Assembly: GCA_030390025.1 (NCBI GenBank)
Contig: CM059431.1
Coordinates: 23,498,001 to 23,562,000, forward strand
Direction of reading: 5' to 3'
From: Squalus acanthias
Taxonomy: Eukaryota
DNA: 64,000 nt
The position numbers were made by a program, and so were the translations under genes. This document shows, piece by piece, positions 62,490 to 64,000 of the stretch (the first letter of the stretch is position 1; each line of letters begins with the position of its first letter). The notes below the pieces were generated by a model that had not been told where the DNA came from, did not search any database, and saw nothing but the letters and a program-made list of their open reading frames with translations.

Positions 62490-64000
62490 TATTTCCATTT
62501 GTGCAGCACCTTGGGATGTTTCTTACGTTAGATTCACTATATAAATGCTAGTTGTTGTTGTTGGCTGGGAGGTGGGGGAATTAACAAACGGCTACATTTC
62601 TTCTGGAGCTGGCTGAGTGATACCCGGTTGTGATTCCCAAAGCAAATCAAATCAATTACCAGTAATGTATTAGGCACAGACACTCACTATTGTCCATTAA
62701 GATTATCAGCAAACTCATGCAACCATGCATAGGTCTTGTACCACTAGATGGTTCCTCCTAGTTATGTGGCACTGGACAGCTCTACAAACAGGAGCTTGCA
62801 AGGTTCCCCAGGTTGTTGCCAGTTTGCACATTTACTCCAACTTAATCAGGAGAAATACCTGAAGGAACCATCCCCATTTTTCGAGGATTGTTCCAGGCGT
62901 GCCATCAGTTTATTACCCCTTTAGCTTAAATTTATGATGGAGACTTTTTAAATCTTATTGACTGCACTCAACCTTTTTCCCCTTTGTCCTCCCCTTTATA
63001 CGCCAATTAATTTCTCTCCTTTCCCAAAAGGGATCAGACAGCACTGTTTAATACACCGACTTTGTTATGGAACTAACAGACCTACTGCTTGTGTGTTTAG
63101 TATGACAACAAAATGGACAGACACTATTTATCCTGGTTAAATTAGTCATCCTTTATTTGACCTTGGTGTATTAACATGGAGAATATGTACAGTATTTTGC
63201 TTAGCTCTGTAGTTTCATACATTATACCGCATTCTGTTGTTCTATGAAAAAATTGAAATAAATGTTTTGAAAACCAAAACAATTTAAAGCTGCATAATCC
63301 CACAATTTGGAGGTCACCTTTTTAAAAAAATGTCATGATTACTTTTTGAAATGAAACCCTGAAAAATATTTATAAATATTATTGTCAGTTTTGAAGACAT
63401 ACATTTTAAAATGTAATGATATTTTACTTAAACATCAAATGTAAAAATATAACTTCACACCAGAGCGATAGATAAGACCAGAAGTTTTTTAATGAGTTGA
63501 CAGGTAGCTGAATTATAAACACGTTTGTCTCTTCAATTAACTCCCAGTCTGTGAATTCCAATGTAAAGTTAGGCTTCATGTATTTGGACAGAATGGGTGT
63601 AGGTCAATCAATTCATGTCATTTTTAAAATTGTACATCTTCAAAATCAACTTGAGTTCATAATTTAATTAGTTCTCTGTAAGTATTAAAAATAAAGATAA
63701 TGGAATCCTGTAGCATTTATAATAAAATGTTATTTCATTAAAAACTCCATCTAAAGCAATCCCTTTGGAGATTTCCCCCCACTTTTTTAAAGCAAAGATT
63801 GAAATTTTGTTTACAAGTGGTGCTGAACTGGATTCTACGTTGGTATTTCCCATCTATCGTAGACTCTGGAGCAAGCAGCACAGAATGTGGGTCTGTGGCA
63901 CTTGTCAATAAGATGGCCCCTACTGCATTCTGATTTTGGGGAAAACATATACAAACAGCTCTGAACACAAATAATTGTCAAATCAAATTTTTGGTGAACA

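Larger units (their letters stand above)
62160..62562 (+). mobile_element. L2 3' end interrupted by a PLE remnant
   Basis: tttgaccaggctttcagtc...ccttgggatgtt...tatataaatgctagttgttgttg. Confidence 0.68.

Noticed and set aside
62600-64000. AT-rich, repeat-poor end of the window as the 3' UTR of a convergent neighbouring gene
   Set aside because: Plausible (reverse polyA hexamers are present), but no coding exon is visible to support it.

Overview
Eukaryotic, repeat-rich vertebrate DNA. The repeat families (HE1/V-SINE, Deu-domain SINE, CR1, Penelope) point to a shark or other chondrichthyan; this is my inference. Two intron-containing genes lie in tandem on the + strand. (1) The last ten coding exons of VPS36 (ESCRT-II; 312..31428) splice to 810 nt = 269 aa + stop and include one GC-AG intron. 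(2) A complete THSD1 gene has a putative non-coding exon 1 ending at 44560 and CDS 45630..61129 in four exons (907 aa: signal peptide, ectodomain, one TSR, TM helix, long tail ending EKLVI). Introns and the intergenic region are filled with CR1 and L2 LINEs, a second LINE family, three tRNA-derived SINE families, PIF/Harbinger-like MITEs, Penelope-like element (PLE) remnants and a GA-rich minisatellite. The most notable unannotated signal is five minimal type-I hammerhead ribozyme motifs in PLE terminal repeats (two families), with compensatory base changes in their stems. Other signals: a templated host-DNA insertion at a PLE junction, hairpin clusters in MITEs, a duplicated and AT>GC-skewed CR1 3' end, and uORFs over the THSD1 start. 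I found no prokaryotic-type system (CRISPR, operon), and most ORF-track entries are spurious or transposon fragments. Family names come from recognition, not database searches; repeat boundaries are approximate.
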